Below are positions 1-7,799 of a DNA stretch of 64,000 nucleotides, piece by piece (the stretch's first letter is position 1; each line of letters opens with the position of its first letter). The translations under genes were made by a program, and so were the position numbers. The stretch lies in the NCBI GenBank assembly GCA_028864975.1, contig JAGWLG010000006.1, positions 32,001 through 96,000 of the forward strand, read 5' to 3'. The DNA comes from Thermoplasmata archaeon. GTDB taxonomy: Archaea; Thermoplasmatota; Thermoplasmata; Lutacidiplasmatales; UBA184. A model generated the notes under the pieces. It was not told the DNA's origin. It made no database searches and worked only from the letters and a program-made list of their open reading frames with translations.

Positions 1-283
1 AGAGCTTGTCGCCGACCGCGTCGAGCTTCATCCCGACGCTCTCCATGTTCTGGATCAAGCTCTCGCGCGACTGCTCCATCGTGATGTAGAGCCCCTTCTT
101 GCCCTCCTTCAGGGCGTTCTCGTAGGCCATGTGGTAGGCCACGGTGGACTTCATCGTACCGGGTTCACCGGCGAGGAGCACGACGTGCCCCGAGGGGATC
201 CCTCCCTCCATCTTCTCGTCAAGTCCTTCGACGTAGGTCCGGATGCGCGGGATCTTCGGTCCAGCAGCGGGTCCTGGGCTCAT
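1..283 (-). CDS. KaiC/RAD55-family ATPase, N-terminal part (runs off window start)
   Basis: Manual translation from ATG at 283: MSPGPAAGPKIPRIRTYVEGLDEKMEGGIPSGHVVLLAGEPGTMKSTVAYH...GLYITMEQ; typical KaiC N-terminus and Walker A variant GEPGTMKS. Not in the ORF track because it is truncated. Confidence 0.85.
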   Translation of the reverse strand, partial: MSPGPAAGPKIPRIRTYVEGLDEKMEGGIPSGHVVLLAGEPGTMKSTVAYHMAYENALKEGKKGLYITMEQSRESLIQNMESVGMKLDAVGDKL

Positions 284-346
284 GATCGGTGCTTCCCCTC
301 TCGTAGCTGAGGTGAGAAATCCTCACGCTCCCCATCGACTTCTCAG

Positions 347-352
347 TTTAAA
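347..352 (-). promoter_or_regulatory. TATA box (TTTAAA) likely serving the KaiC-like gene
   Basis: Isolated AT-rich hexamer in GC-rich context about 65 nt upstream of ATG 283. Confidence 0.5.
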
Positions 353-386
353 GGTGTCGCTCGCGATCCGGACCCGGTGAAGGGCG

Positions 387-929
387 TCAGACCCGTCGCC
401 CCCTCGGTGCGCGCGGGGTCAAAGTTCGGCGGCGCACTGCGGTCCTCGTGCCCTGCCGCAGTGCGTCGCGGATGATCCGTGCATGGTCCGCGGCCAGGGG
501 GGGAAGGTGGGCCAGGGAGAACCACCTGGCCTCCGCGGCGTCGTCCCCCCCCAGCGGGGTTCCACCGACCCGCGCGACCCTGAAGGCCACGGTCACAATG
601 TGCCCGCGGGGGTCACGACGGGGGTCAGAGTAGACCCCCACCAGACCCGCCGGACGCACGTGAACCGAGGTCTCCTCCCGGAACTCGCGAGCCACCGCTC
701 GCTCGCAGGTCTCGCCGATCTCGACGAACCCCCCTGGGAGGGCCCACCTCCCCTTCCACGGGGGCCTTCCGCGCTGCACCAGCAGGATGCGCCCTCGAGC
801 GAACAAGAGGCCGTCCACCGTCAGCGCGGGGGTCTCGAGCGGGGGTCGATCGGCGTACGGCGAGAGAGGATAGGGCTTCAAGAGGCCGCGCGGGGTCCGC
901 GAGCCTCGGGGGCTACGGGTTGAGGGCAA
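387..929 (-). CDS. Nudix hydrolase (ADP-ribose pyrophosphatase-like)
   Basis: Nudix box GGFVEIGETCERAVAREFREETS, plus WALPGG and SDPRRDPRGH. Start uncertain. Confidence 0.9.
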   Translation of the reverse strand: MPSTRSPRGSRTPRGLLKPYPLSPYADRPPLETPALTVDGLLFARGRILLVQRGRPPWKGRWALPGGFVEIGETCERAVAREFREETSVHVRPAGLVGVYSDPRRDPRGHIVTVAFRVARVGGTPLGGDDAAEARWFSLAHLPPLAADHARIIRDALRQGTRTAVRRRTLTPRAPRGRRV

Positions 930-1906
930 GGAACCCCCATGCGACCGACAGCAGAAGTAGCCCTCCGACCAGCCACGGGACCCATCGGACCCACCGCGGT
1001 GGGCCGCGCGGAGGACCGCGACCCGCCGTCGTCCCTGGAGATGGCCCCAGGACCTCCTCGTCCGATACTAAGGGTATCCTTCCCCCGGCCATCGCGAAGG
1101 ATCAGGACACGACCCCACCTCAAGGTTCGGGAGTCCCCCCGCGATCCCTCGAGCCTCTTCGGTCCGGGCTCGGATCCTCCGTCGATCGAGCGATCGAAGG
1201 GTCCTCGGAGGTGGCCTTGCTCTTCTCCGGCGGCCTCGACTCTGCGCTGCTAGCGCTCCTGCTTCGCGAACGCGCTCGTTCTCGGGGGCTCGCGGTCCAT
1301 CTCACCACGATCGGGCTCGAGGGCTCGGCCGACCTCCAGCAGTCCGAGGACGCTGCTCGGAGCTTGGAGATGGCTTGGAGCGGTTCCCAGGTCTCCCGGG
1401 AGGAGGTCGTCGAGGCCGCACGCAAGGTCCGCGCTACGGAGCGTGGCGTGGCACCGAACGCTGGAACCGGAGGGCCGGAGGGGGTCGCGCTCGAGGTGCA
1501 GACCGGGATCTACCTCGCCTTGGCCCACGCGCCTTGCTCGAGGGTCCTTTGCGGTCAAGGGGCCGATGAGCTCTTCCTCGGGTATGCTCACTTTCGGCCG
1601 CTTTCCGGGGAGCGTCTGAGGGTCCGGTACCAGGAGGACGTGCGGCGGCTCCGCGAGGTCGACTGGCCGATGAGCCAGCGGCTAGCGGCGTCCCTCGCGC
1701 GCGATCTTCGCGCGCCGTACTTGGACCCATCCTGGTGCGCGCAAGTCGAGTCATACGCACTCGAAGCTCGACGTCCCTCGGGAGTGCCTAAGGGCCTGCT
1801 CCGACAGCTCGCGGCCTTGATGGGATTGCCCGAGACCCTCGTGCAGAGGCCCAAGAAGGCGCTCCAATACGGGAGTGGGATCCACTCGGTGCTCTCCCGA
1901 GCGTGA
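920..1906 (+). CDS. Asparagine synthase C-terminal (N-type ATP pyrophosphatase) domain protein lacking the glutaminase domain
   Basis: SGGLDS PP-loop, GQGADELFLGY and RPKKALQYGSG motifs. True start probably later (~1100); no canonical start there. Confidence 0.8.
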   Translation: MRARNPHATDSRSSPPTSHGTHRTHRGGPRGGPRPAVVPGDGPRTSSSDTKGILPPAIAKDQDTTPPQGSGVPPRSLEPLRSGLGSSVDRAIEGSSEVALLFSGGLDSALLALLLRERARSRGLAVHLTTIGLEGSADLQQSEDAARSLEMAWSGSQVSREEVVEAARKVRATERGVAPNAGTGGPEGVALEVQTGIYLALAHAPCSRVLCGQGADELFLGYAHFRPLSGERLRVRYQEDVRRLREVDWPMSQRLAASLARDLRAPYLDPSWCAQVESYALEARRPSGVPKGLLRQLAALMGLPETLVQRPKKALQYGSGIHSVLSRA

Positions 1907-2211
1907 GTTCGGGGAGGACCCGAGGGAGGCGGATCCCTCCTCATCTCTCTGGGCTTCCCGGCGAGGGCTCGGCCCAAGTTGGAGGGGCCCCCGACCCGCC
2001 CGCGCCAAGCTCCCTTCGCGTGGGTGCTCGTCTCCGCGACCTCGAGAATTCTGGGTCCACACGGGCCGCCATGCACCGTGGCGGACGAGCTTCGGCATCC
2101 TGAAATAGAGGACCGCGTAACAATAGGTAGTGGCCCCTGCCTCGAGGGGAGGACGGCTCCGCCCCGGTAAGCGATCGTTGCAGTTCCTGACGCACCGGGT
2201 GGGCTAGCTCG

Positions 2212-3801
2212 ATGGCCGGACCTCCACCACCTCCCCCTCCAGCCTCCCCTGCTTCGGGCCCGGGAGCTCCTGCGGCCATGCAGGGTTCCTGGGGGGCCTC
2301 CCCTACCACCCCCCAGCGACCGCGCCACGTCCTCGTGCTGGACATCTCGAAGAGCATGCTGGCCCCCCTCCCCGACCCGAGCGACCCCACCAAGATCCGC
2401 AGGAAGATCGAGGTGGCGAGGGCTGCGACGTACCGCATCTTCGAGGCGGTCCAGTCGCAAGGCGCGGTCTTCGGGCTGGTCATCTTCAACAATGTCGCCC
2501 ACGTGGCCATCCCGCTAACCGAGATCCGCCCCGAGATCCGGCCCGCGCTCGACAACCTGGTCGCGCTCCTTCCCCCCAAGGGCCGTTCCGCCATCTGGGA
2601 CGCGCTCGCCCTGGGGGCCGACCTGCTACGCGTCGAAGGGGGTTCCACGGTCGGCAACCTCGTGCTCGTCACGGACGGGTGGGACAACATGTCCCAGCGC
2701 TTCGGGGCCCCCGGTGTCGACCTCCCTCCCCCTCCTCCGCCTGGGGCTCCTCCGGGAACCTATCCCCCTCCTCGGTCCGACATCCTGGCCTACCTGCTCA
2801 CCCAGGGCAGCCGGCTCGGGCTACGGATCATCGGCATCGGCAGCGGGGTCGAACGCGACAAGGGGGTCGACTCGCAGCGGATGCAGGCTTTCGCCTCCAT
2901 CTACCAACAGCGTTCGCAGCAGTGGCGCCTCCCCTGCACTGTGAGCTACGAGGAAGTGACGACGAGCGAGGAGCTCTTCTCCCGCATGGTCCAGGCCTTT
3001 GTCGACGTCCCGTTCGAGGACGCCCTGGCGGTGGAGAACCTCCATCCGGACGAGCTTGCCGAGGCGGCCGCCTCCGCGGCGCGGGCCCTCCGCGACACCG
3101 AGGGCAAGCGGAGCGTCGTGGGACACCTCGCCTCGGGTCCTGCGGGGGCCGCTCGGGGCGGGACGCGAACTGCCGAGGGCACGTCGAGCCCCGGCATGGA
3201 GGTCGACATCCTGAGCCCCCAGGTCGGTCCGTCGGCCGTGAACCTGCGGGACCGCTACGGCCCGCTGGGGGAGGTCGCAGAGGCCTACATGGCCCGAGAC
3301 TGGGCCCGGGCGCAGGCGATCCTCTACCAGAAGGGGGGACTCATCGCCCCCGTCACGAGATTCTACTGGCAGGCCCGCGTCTACTACGCGCAGGGGGAAA
3401 AGACCGAGGCAGGACGCTACCTTGCTCAAGCCTGGTCCGAGGCCGAGACGCTCGCCCCCCAGGAGCGAGGGCGGGTCGTGCGCCGCCTCGCGCTCCTGCA
3501 GGCGAAGGTCGCAGGGGACAAGGAGACCGAGAGCCTGGTGACCTTCTACGACGCCGCCGAGACGAAGGCGAGGTCCCTCGGCGGGGGGCTGGACAAGAAG
3601 CTCGAGCAGATGTTCGACAAGATCCTCTCGCTACGGGGGACCTATGCGGGCGTCAAGGGGGGAGGGGCCGCAGCGCACGAGGCTCTGGTCGAGGAGATCT
3701 TTGGGCTCCTGCAGGATGCCCGGCTCGCGAACACCGGACGCGAGCCCTCGGTCGATGCTTTCCTCGACTTTGTGGAGATCGCCTTGGCGGAGATGAGGTA
3801 G
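2212..3801 (+). CDS. vWA domain protein with C-terminal helical/TPR-like region
   Basis: MIDAS motif DISKS, SAIWDAL and LVLVTDG; C-terminal helical repeats (FYWQARVYYAQGE). Alternative start ATG 2278. Confidence 0.85.
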   Translation: MAGPPPPPPPASPASGPGAPAAMQGSWGASPTTPQRPRHVLVLDISKSMLAPLPDPSDPTKIRRKIEVARAATYRIFEAVQSQGAVFGLVIFNNVAHVAIPLTEIRPEIRPALDNLVALLPPKGRSAIWDALALGADLLRVEGGSTVGNLVLVTDGWDNMSQRFGAPGVDLPPPPPPGAPPGTYPPPRSDILAYLLTQGSRLGLRIIGIGSGVERDKGVDSQRMQAFASIYQQRSQQWRLPCTVSYEEVTTSEELFSRMVQAFVDVPFEDALAVENLHPDELAEAAASAARALRDTEGKRSVVGHLASGPAGAARGGTRTAEGTSSPGMEVDILSPQVGPSAVNLRDRYGPLGEVAEAYMARDWARAQAILYQKGGLIAPVTRFYWQARVYYAQGEKTEAGRYLAQAWSEAETLAPQERGRVVRRLALLQAKVAGDKETESLVTFYDAAETKARSLGGGLDKKLEQMFDKILSLRGTYAGVKGGGAAAHEALVEEIFGLLQDARLANTGREPSVDAFLDFVEIALAEMR

Positions 3802-3856
3802 CCTTGGGAGTCCGAAAGCATAAGACGGAGGGTCGTCATACGAAGGAGAGTTCGGA

Positions 3857-5206
3857 ATGAGCCCGCCCACACCCGCGAAGACCGCATCGAAGAAGAGGGC
3901 CCCGGCCGAACCTTCCGCCACCGCACCCGCCGTTCCGCAGGCTCCTGTCGTGCCTTCCACCCCGGTCGCGCCGTCGGCGGAGGTGATCGCGCCCGTGGTG
4001 AAGCGGGTCGCTCCTGGCTCGATCCCCGCTCCCGCGCGCAAGGTGGCCCTGGCGCCTCCTACCCCGCGCCCGCTCCCACCCCCTCCCGAGCCCGAGCCGC
4101 CCGCCGCGCCGGCGCTCGCCGCGAAGATCGCGGTGGTGGGGATTCCGGCCTCCGGTAAGACCACCTACTTCCGCTACCTCTCCGGCCACTTCGGCCTGAA
4201 CCTGCCGCTGGTCTACGTGCCGAGCCGCTCCGGCACCGTCGTCCCGCTCTTCGGGGACATCGGGAACGAAGTGGTCATGGAAGAGACGACGTACGAGTCG
4301 GACCCGAACCACCCCGACGCCGCGATGGACACGACGACCCGTCTCTACGTGAACCGCCCGATGGAGGACCCGACGCGGCTTTTCGTCGAGCTGGCCCAAG
4401 GACAGGAAGAGCAGGGGATCCTTACGAAGTACCCCCTGCCGACGAAGTACAACCAGTTCGTCGAGATGAAGCTCAACTTCCGCTTCGGGGTCACGGGGAA
4501 CATCGGGGGAGCGAAGCCGATGGTGCTCCGCACCGTCGACGAGGCGGGAGGGATCATCTCGGACTACTTCACCTACGACCGGCTCTGGATCGGCCACCCT
4601 CAGGAGGAGGTCCCTATGGAGAAGTGCCGGGTCATCCCGCGCTTCGACACGTGGAAGCCGGACCGGCAGGAGCTCTGGCGACGGGGGCTGACCTTGATGG
4701 GAAGGTTCACCGTGGACGCCGACGGGATCATCCTGCTCCTGACGCCCCAGCTCGGTTCGCTGCGCGACAGCGCGCAGCAGGTGAACCTGGCCCGCGGGGT
4801 CTTCCGCTACGCCCGTCAGCGAGGGATCCCGGTGGTCATCGCGATCTCGAAGGCGGACCTTCTGAAGGAGTTCTACCTCGAGGTCGAGCAGGTCCTCACC
4901 AACCGGGGGTACCTCTCCCCCTTCGACGCAAACCGTTTCCTGACCGAGCGGGACGGGAGCGGGCTCGGCAGCATCCTGGCAGCCCAGGAGGGCCGAGGGT
5001 TCTCGACGAAGCAGGACGCCTTCCTGGTCGCCTCGGCGATCTCCACGGGGGAAGGCCGACCCCTGCTCTACGGCGACACGGCGGACGTGGACCTCAACAA
5101 CGGGGCCACCGCCGGGGTCCCGGTCATGGTCAACACCACCCTGCCGCTGGCCAGGATCTGCGAACGCGTCCTGACCCAACGAGGAGAGGCCCCCGCGGGC
5201 GCCTGA
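3857..5206 (+). CDS. Atypical TRAFAC-class P-loop GTPase (double-GTPase-like) with Pro-rich N-terminus
   Basis: G1 GIPASGKT, probable G2 YPLPT, G3 DEAG, G4 SKAD, G5 SAI; GGAG RBS upstream. Confidence 0.75.
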   Translation: MSPPTPAKTASKKRAPAEPSATAPAVPQAPVVPSTPVAPSAEVIAPVVKRVAPGSIPAPARKVALAPPTPRPLPPPPEPEPPAAPALAAKIAVVGIPASGKTTYFRYLSGHFGLNLPLVYVPSRSGTVVPLFGDIGNEVVMEETTYESDPNHPDAAMDTTTRLYVNRPMEDPTRLFVELAQGQEEQGILTKYPLPTKYNQFVEMKLNFRFGVTGNIGGAKPMVLRTVDEAGGIISDYFTYDRLWIGHPQEEVPMEKCRVIPRFDTWKPDRQELWRRGLTLMGRFTVDADGIILLLTPQLGSLRDSAQQVNLARGVFRYARQRGIPVVIAISKADLLKEFYLEVEQVLTNRGYLSPFDANRFLTERDGSGLGSILAAQEGRGFSTKQDAFLVASAISTGEGRPLLYGDTADVDLNNGATAGVPVMVNTTLPLARICERVLTQRGEAPAGA

Positions 5207-5213
5207 ACGGGTC

Positions 5214-7775
5214 ATGTCCACGGCGGCGCCGAACCCTGTGGGAGAGGCGCGCCCTGGTGCCCCCCCCGCCTCCCGTACCCTCCCGCCCGGCGTCCCTCCG
5301 TCCGGCAAGGACCGCAGCCTGGTGTCCGTGGTCTGGTGCCGTCAGGTGGACAACGAGGCGGAGAGCCCAGGGTACACGACGGTCCCGACGGAGTTCCCCG
5401 GGCGAAAAGAGACCCTGGACCTGGTGCGGGTCGTGGGCAATCTCGCGATCAACGCAGCTGACACGCACGACTACTGGGACCCGGACCCGTCGACCAAGCT
5501 CGCCTACTACAACAACCTCTTCCTCTATCCCGCCCACGGCGGACGCTACCTCTGCCTGGGTCGGATGTTCCTCTCGACCGAGGACCGCCCGCGATTGGGC
5601 ATGAAGACCCTGGTGCTGGACACGTCGAGCCTTCTCGCCTCGGAGAACCTGGGGCAGGCCCTTCGCCGTTGGTACGCCTCGATGGGGAATCCCGGCCGCG
5701 TCGCCCCGCCGTCCGGGAAGGTCGACCCGCAGCTCGTGGAAGTGCTCTCGGAGGGCTTCACCTACCTGCGAGGGGACCCGACCACTCCGCTCCTGGGGTT
5801 CGTCTCGGACATCTTCGAGAGCGCCGTCGAGGCCGTGTTCTCGCTCCTCGAGCGGGTGCCGATGTCCGTGGCCGGCCGCTCCGGGATCCTGATCTTCCCG
5901 TACTTCCTCCCCGTGGGCCGCGTCAACTTCCCCGAGTTCGCGGAGAAGTTCCCGCTGACCCTGGGTCTCGCGCGGATCCCCCGCAACGAGGCGGGAGGCG
6001 ACCGGCATCAGAAGCGGCTCGCGGGATGGGCCGGCCAACCTGTTCGCATGATCGATCTGACACAGGGGGTCCCCTCGGACCCTGCAGGAGCCTTGACCCC
6101 TCCCGCGCCCGTCGCCTGGTGGTGCAGCGGAGAGAAGAGCGAGCTCGCTTCCGACCTTCGAAAGGGGGTGGACGCGGTCGAGCTCCCTCGACTCCGAGAG
6201 CCGGCGAAGAGCGACGAGGAGACCTCCGGAAGTGCGCACAGGAGAGAGCTCGCACGCCTCGGAGAGGTGATGGTCACTCTCGCGGGGGCGCTGGAGCGTC
6301 CTGCGGAGGAGCGAAGGGAGCTGGATGCCGAGACCTCCTCCAAGGTCGGAGCGTATCTCACGGCCATCGGCCCGGTCGCTCCCGTACCCGAGACCGGTGT
6401 GCTCTCGTCGAGCTTCGCCCCTGCGGCCAAGGCCTCGGGGGCCCTCGCCTCGGGTCCCGTCGCGGGATCCACCGAGACCGCCGAACCTCCCTGGCGACGG
6501 ACCCCGCGGCTCCGATCGGAGCGTTCCGAGGTGGTGCCCGGCCCTCGGGTCGGCCCGGGGGGCGCCGTACCTCCCGGGGTCGAAAGCCCGCCCGCCGCGG
6601 CCCCCGTCGCTCCGGTCGGGACCAGCCCCGCCGCCGGAAGCGCCCTGGTGTCGCAGGCGTCCGCCGCACCCCCGCAGTTCGCCGACGTGCTCCGGCTCTC
6701 CCCCACCCTGCTCGAAGAGCTTCGCGCGTACATCGACGGTCGCATCGGAGAGGTCAAGACCCGCACCGGAGATCTCGATCCCGACGTCGTCGGTAGGCTC
6801 GAGCGGGACCTGGAGCGTCGGCTCGAGGCGAAGGCCAACCTCCTGGTCTCGCCCGAGGCCCTGGAGGCTCGTGTCGTCGAGGTCCTCTCCCGTCGACCCC
6901 CGCCCCCTCCACCGGACCCTCGCTCCCTCCTGACCGACGAAGTGAAGGCCTCGCTGGCTGACGTGGTGAACTCGCTCGTCGCGCAGCGGCTCACCGAATC
7001 GTCGGCCCAGAAGGTCCCGAAAGCGCCTCCCGAAGTGACCTTGGCCAAGGTGGACGACCGCGTGCTGGAGCTCCTTTCAGGCCAGACGGGGGAGAGGCGG
7101 GCGGCCGTGCTGATGGAACAGAAGATCCAGCGCTACGTCTCGGCCTCCGTCGAGGCCGACCGGAGGTCCACCGACGATCGTCTCGACAAGCTACTCAAGG
7201 AGCTGCAGAGCCGGGCCAAGGCGCAGACCGAGCTGGAGGCCACCATCCGCGCGGAAGTGCGTTTCCTCGATGAAAAGCTCCAGACGCTGATGGGTCGGAT
7301 GATCCCGCTGCTCAAACGGACCTGGCTCAAGATCGACGAGCTCGACAAGCGACCCGCGGGGAGCGGCGGAGCGTCGGAGGCGAAGATGAAGCGCCTGCGG
7401 GACGAGCTTTGGTCCGAAATGAAGCGCCTGGAGCTCGACCTGTCGGAAAGGACGCGCCTTATCCTCGACCGGGTGGAGGGGAACATCCAGAACCAGGGCC
7501 GGCTCTGGCTGACCCTCGTGACCCAGCTCTCGAGCCTCACGGAGCAGCGCCGGGAGCTGGAACGGATCGTTCAGGAGTCCAAGGAGGACATCGAGAGCTC
7601 CTCTTCGCCGGAGGCTTCCCCCGAGGTCGAGGTCGAGGGGGGAGAGACCTCTACGAAGGGGGCCCGGGAGGAGGAACCCCCCCGCAAGGGCCCCCGCGGG
7701 CTCCCAGCGTCCGAATCACGGCACTCGACACGAGCGACACGAACCGACGGCCCGTCCGCCGGTACAGAGGGTTAA
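5214..7775 (+). CDS. Large protein: globular N-terminal domain (GAP1-N/DENN-like, tentative), Pro/Ala linker, long coiled coil, acidic tail
   Basis: 853-aa ORF 7 nt after the GTPase stop with host-like codon usage; heptad-rich charged C-terminal half. Domain identity is inference. Confidence 0.7.
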   Translation: MSTAAPNPVGEARPGAPPASRTLPPGVPPSGKDRSLVSVVWCRQVDNEAESPGYTTVPTEFPGRKETLDLVRVVGNLAINAADTHDYWDPDPSTKLAYYNNLFLYPAHGGRYLCLGRMFLSTEDRPRLGMKTLVLDTSSLLASENLGQALRRWYASMGNPGRVAPPSGKVDPQLVEVLSEGFTYLRGDPTTPLLGFVSDIFESAVEAVFSLLERVPMSVAGRSGILIFPYFLPVGRVNFPEFAEKFPLTLGLARIPRNEAGGDRHQKRLAGWAGQPVRMIDLTQGVPSDPAGALTPPAPVAWWCSGEKSELASDLRKGVDAVELPRLREPAKSDEETSGSAHRRELARLGEVMVTLAGALERPAEERRELDAETSSKVGAYLTAIGPVAPVPETGVLSSSFAPAAKASGALASGPVAGSTETAEPPWRRTPRLRSERSEVVPGPRVGPGGAVPPGVESPPAAAPVAPVGTSPAAGSALVSQASAAPPQFADVLRLSPTLLEELRAYIDGRIGEVKTRTGDLDPDVVGRLERDLERRLEAKANLLVSPEALEARVVEVLSRRPPPPPPDPRSLLTDEVKASLADVVNSLVAQRLTESSAQKVPKAPPEVTLAKVDDRVLELLSGQTGERRAAVLMEQKIQRYVSASVEADRRSTDDRLDKLLKELQSRAKAQTELEATIRAEVRFLDEKLQTLMGRMIPLLKRTWLKIDELDKRPAGSGGASEAKMKRLRDELWSEMKRLELDLSERTRLILDRVEGNIQNQGRLWLTLVTQLSSLTEQRRELERIVQESKEDIESSSSPEASPEVEVEGGETSTKGAREEEPPRKGPRGLPASESRHSTRATRTDGPSAGTEG

Positions 7776-7778
7776 TAC
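7771..7778 (+). promoter_or_regulatory. TATA-like box (GTTAATAC) before the surface-protein gene
   Basis: AT-rich octamer about 25 nt upstream of GTG 7800 (leaderless-type spacing). Confidence 0.5.
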
Positions 7779-7799
7779 CCAGGGGAAGGTCGGAAGGAC

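Noticed and set aside
1903-2110. Possible small minus-strand ORF starting ATG 2098
   Set aside because: No motif, runs into the Asn-synthase-like gene, and the nearby AT-rich stretch can be explained as the vWA promoter.
3836-5308. 490-aa minus-strand ORF and many similar long antisense or alternate-frame ORFs (e.g. 23805-25211, 35618-36892, 42809-44734, 48371-49828)
   Set aside because: Shadow ORFs expected at high GC; they lie opposite or within genes with clear family motifs and have Arg/Gly/Pro-biased, motif-free translations.
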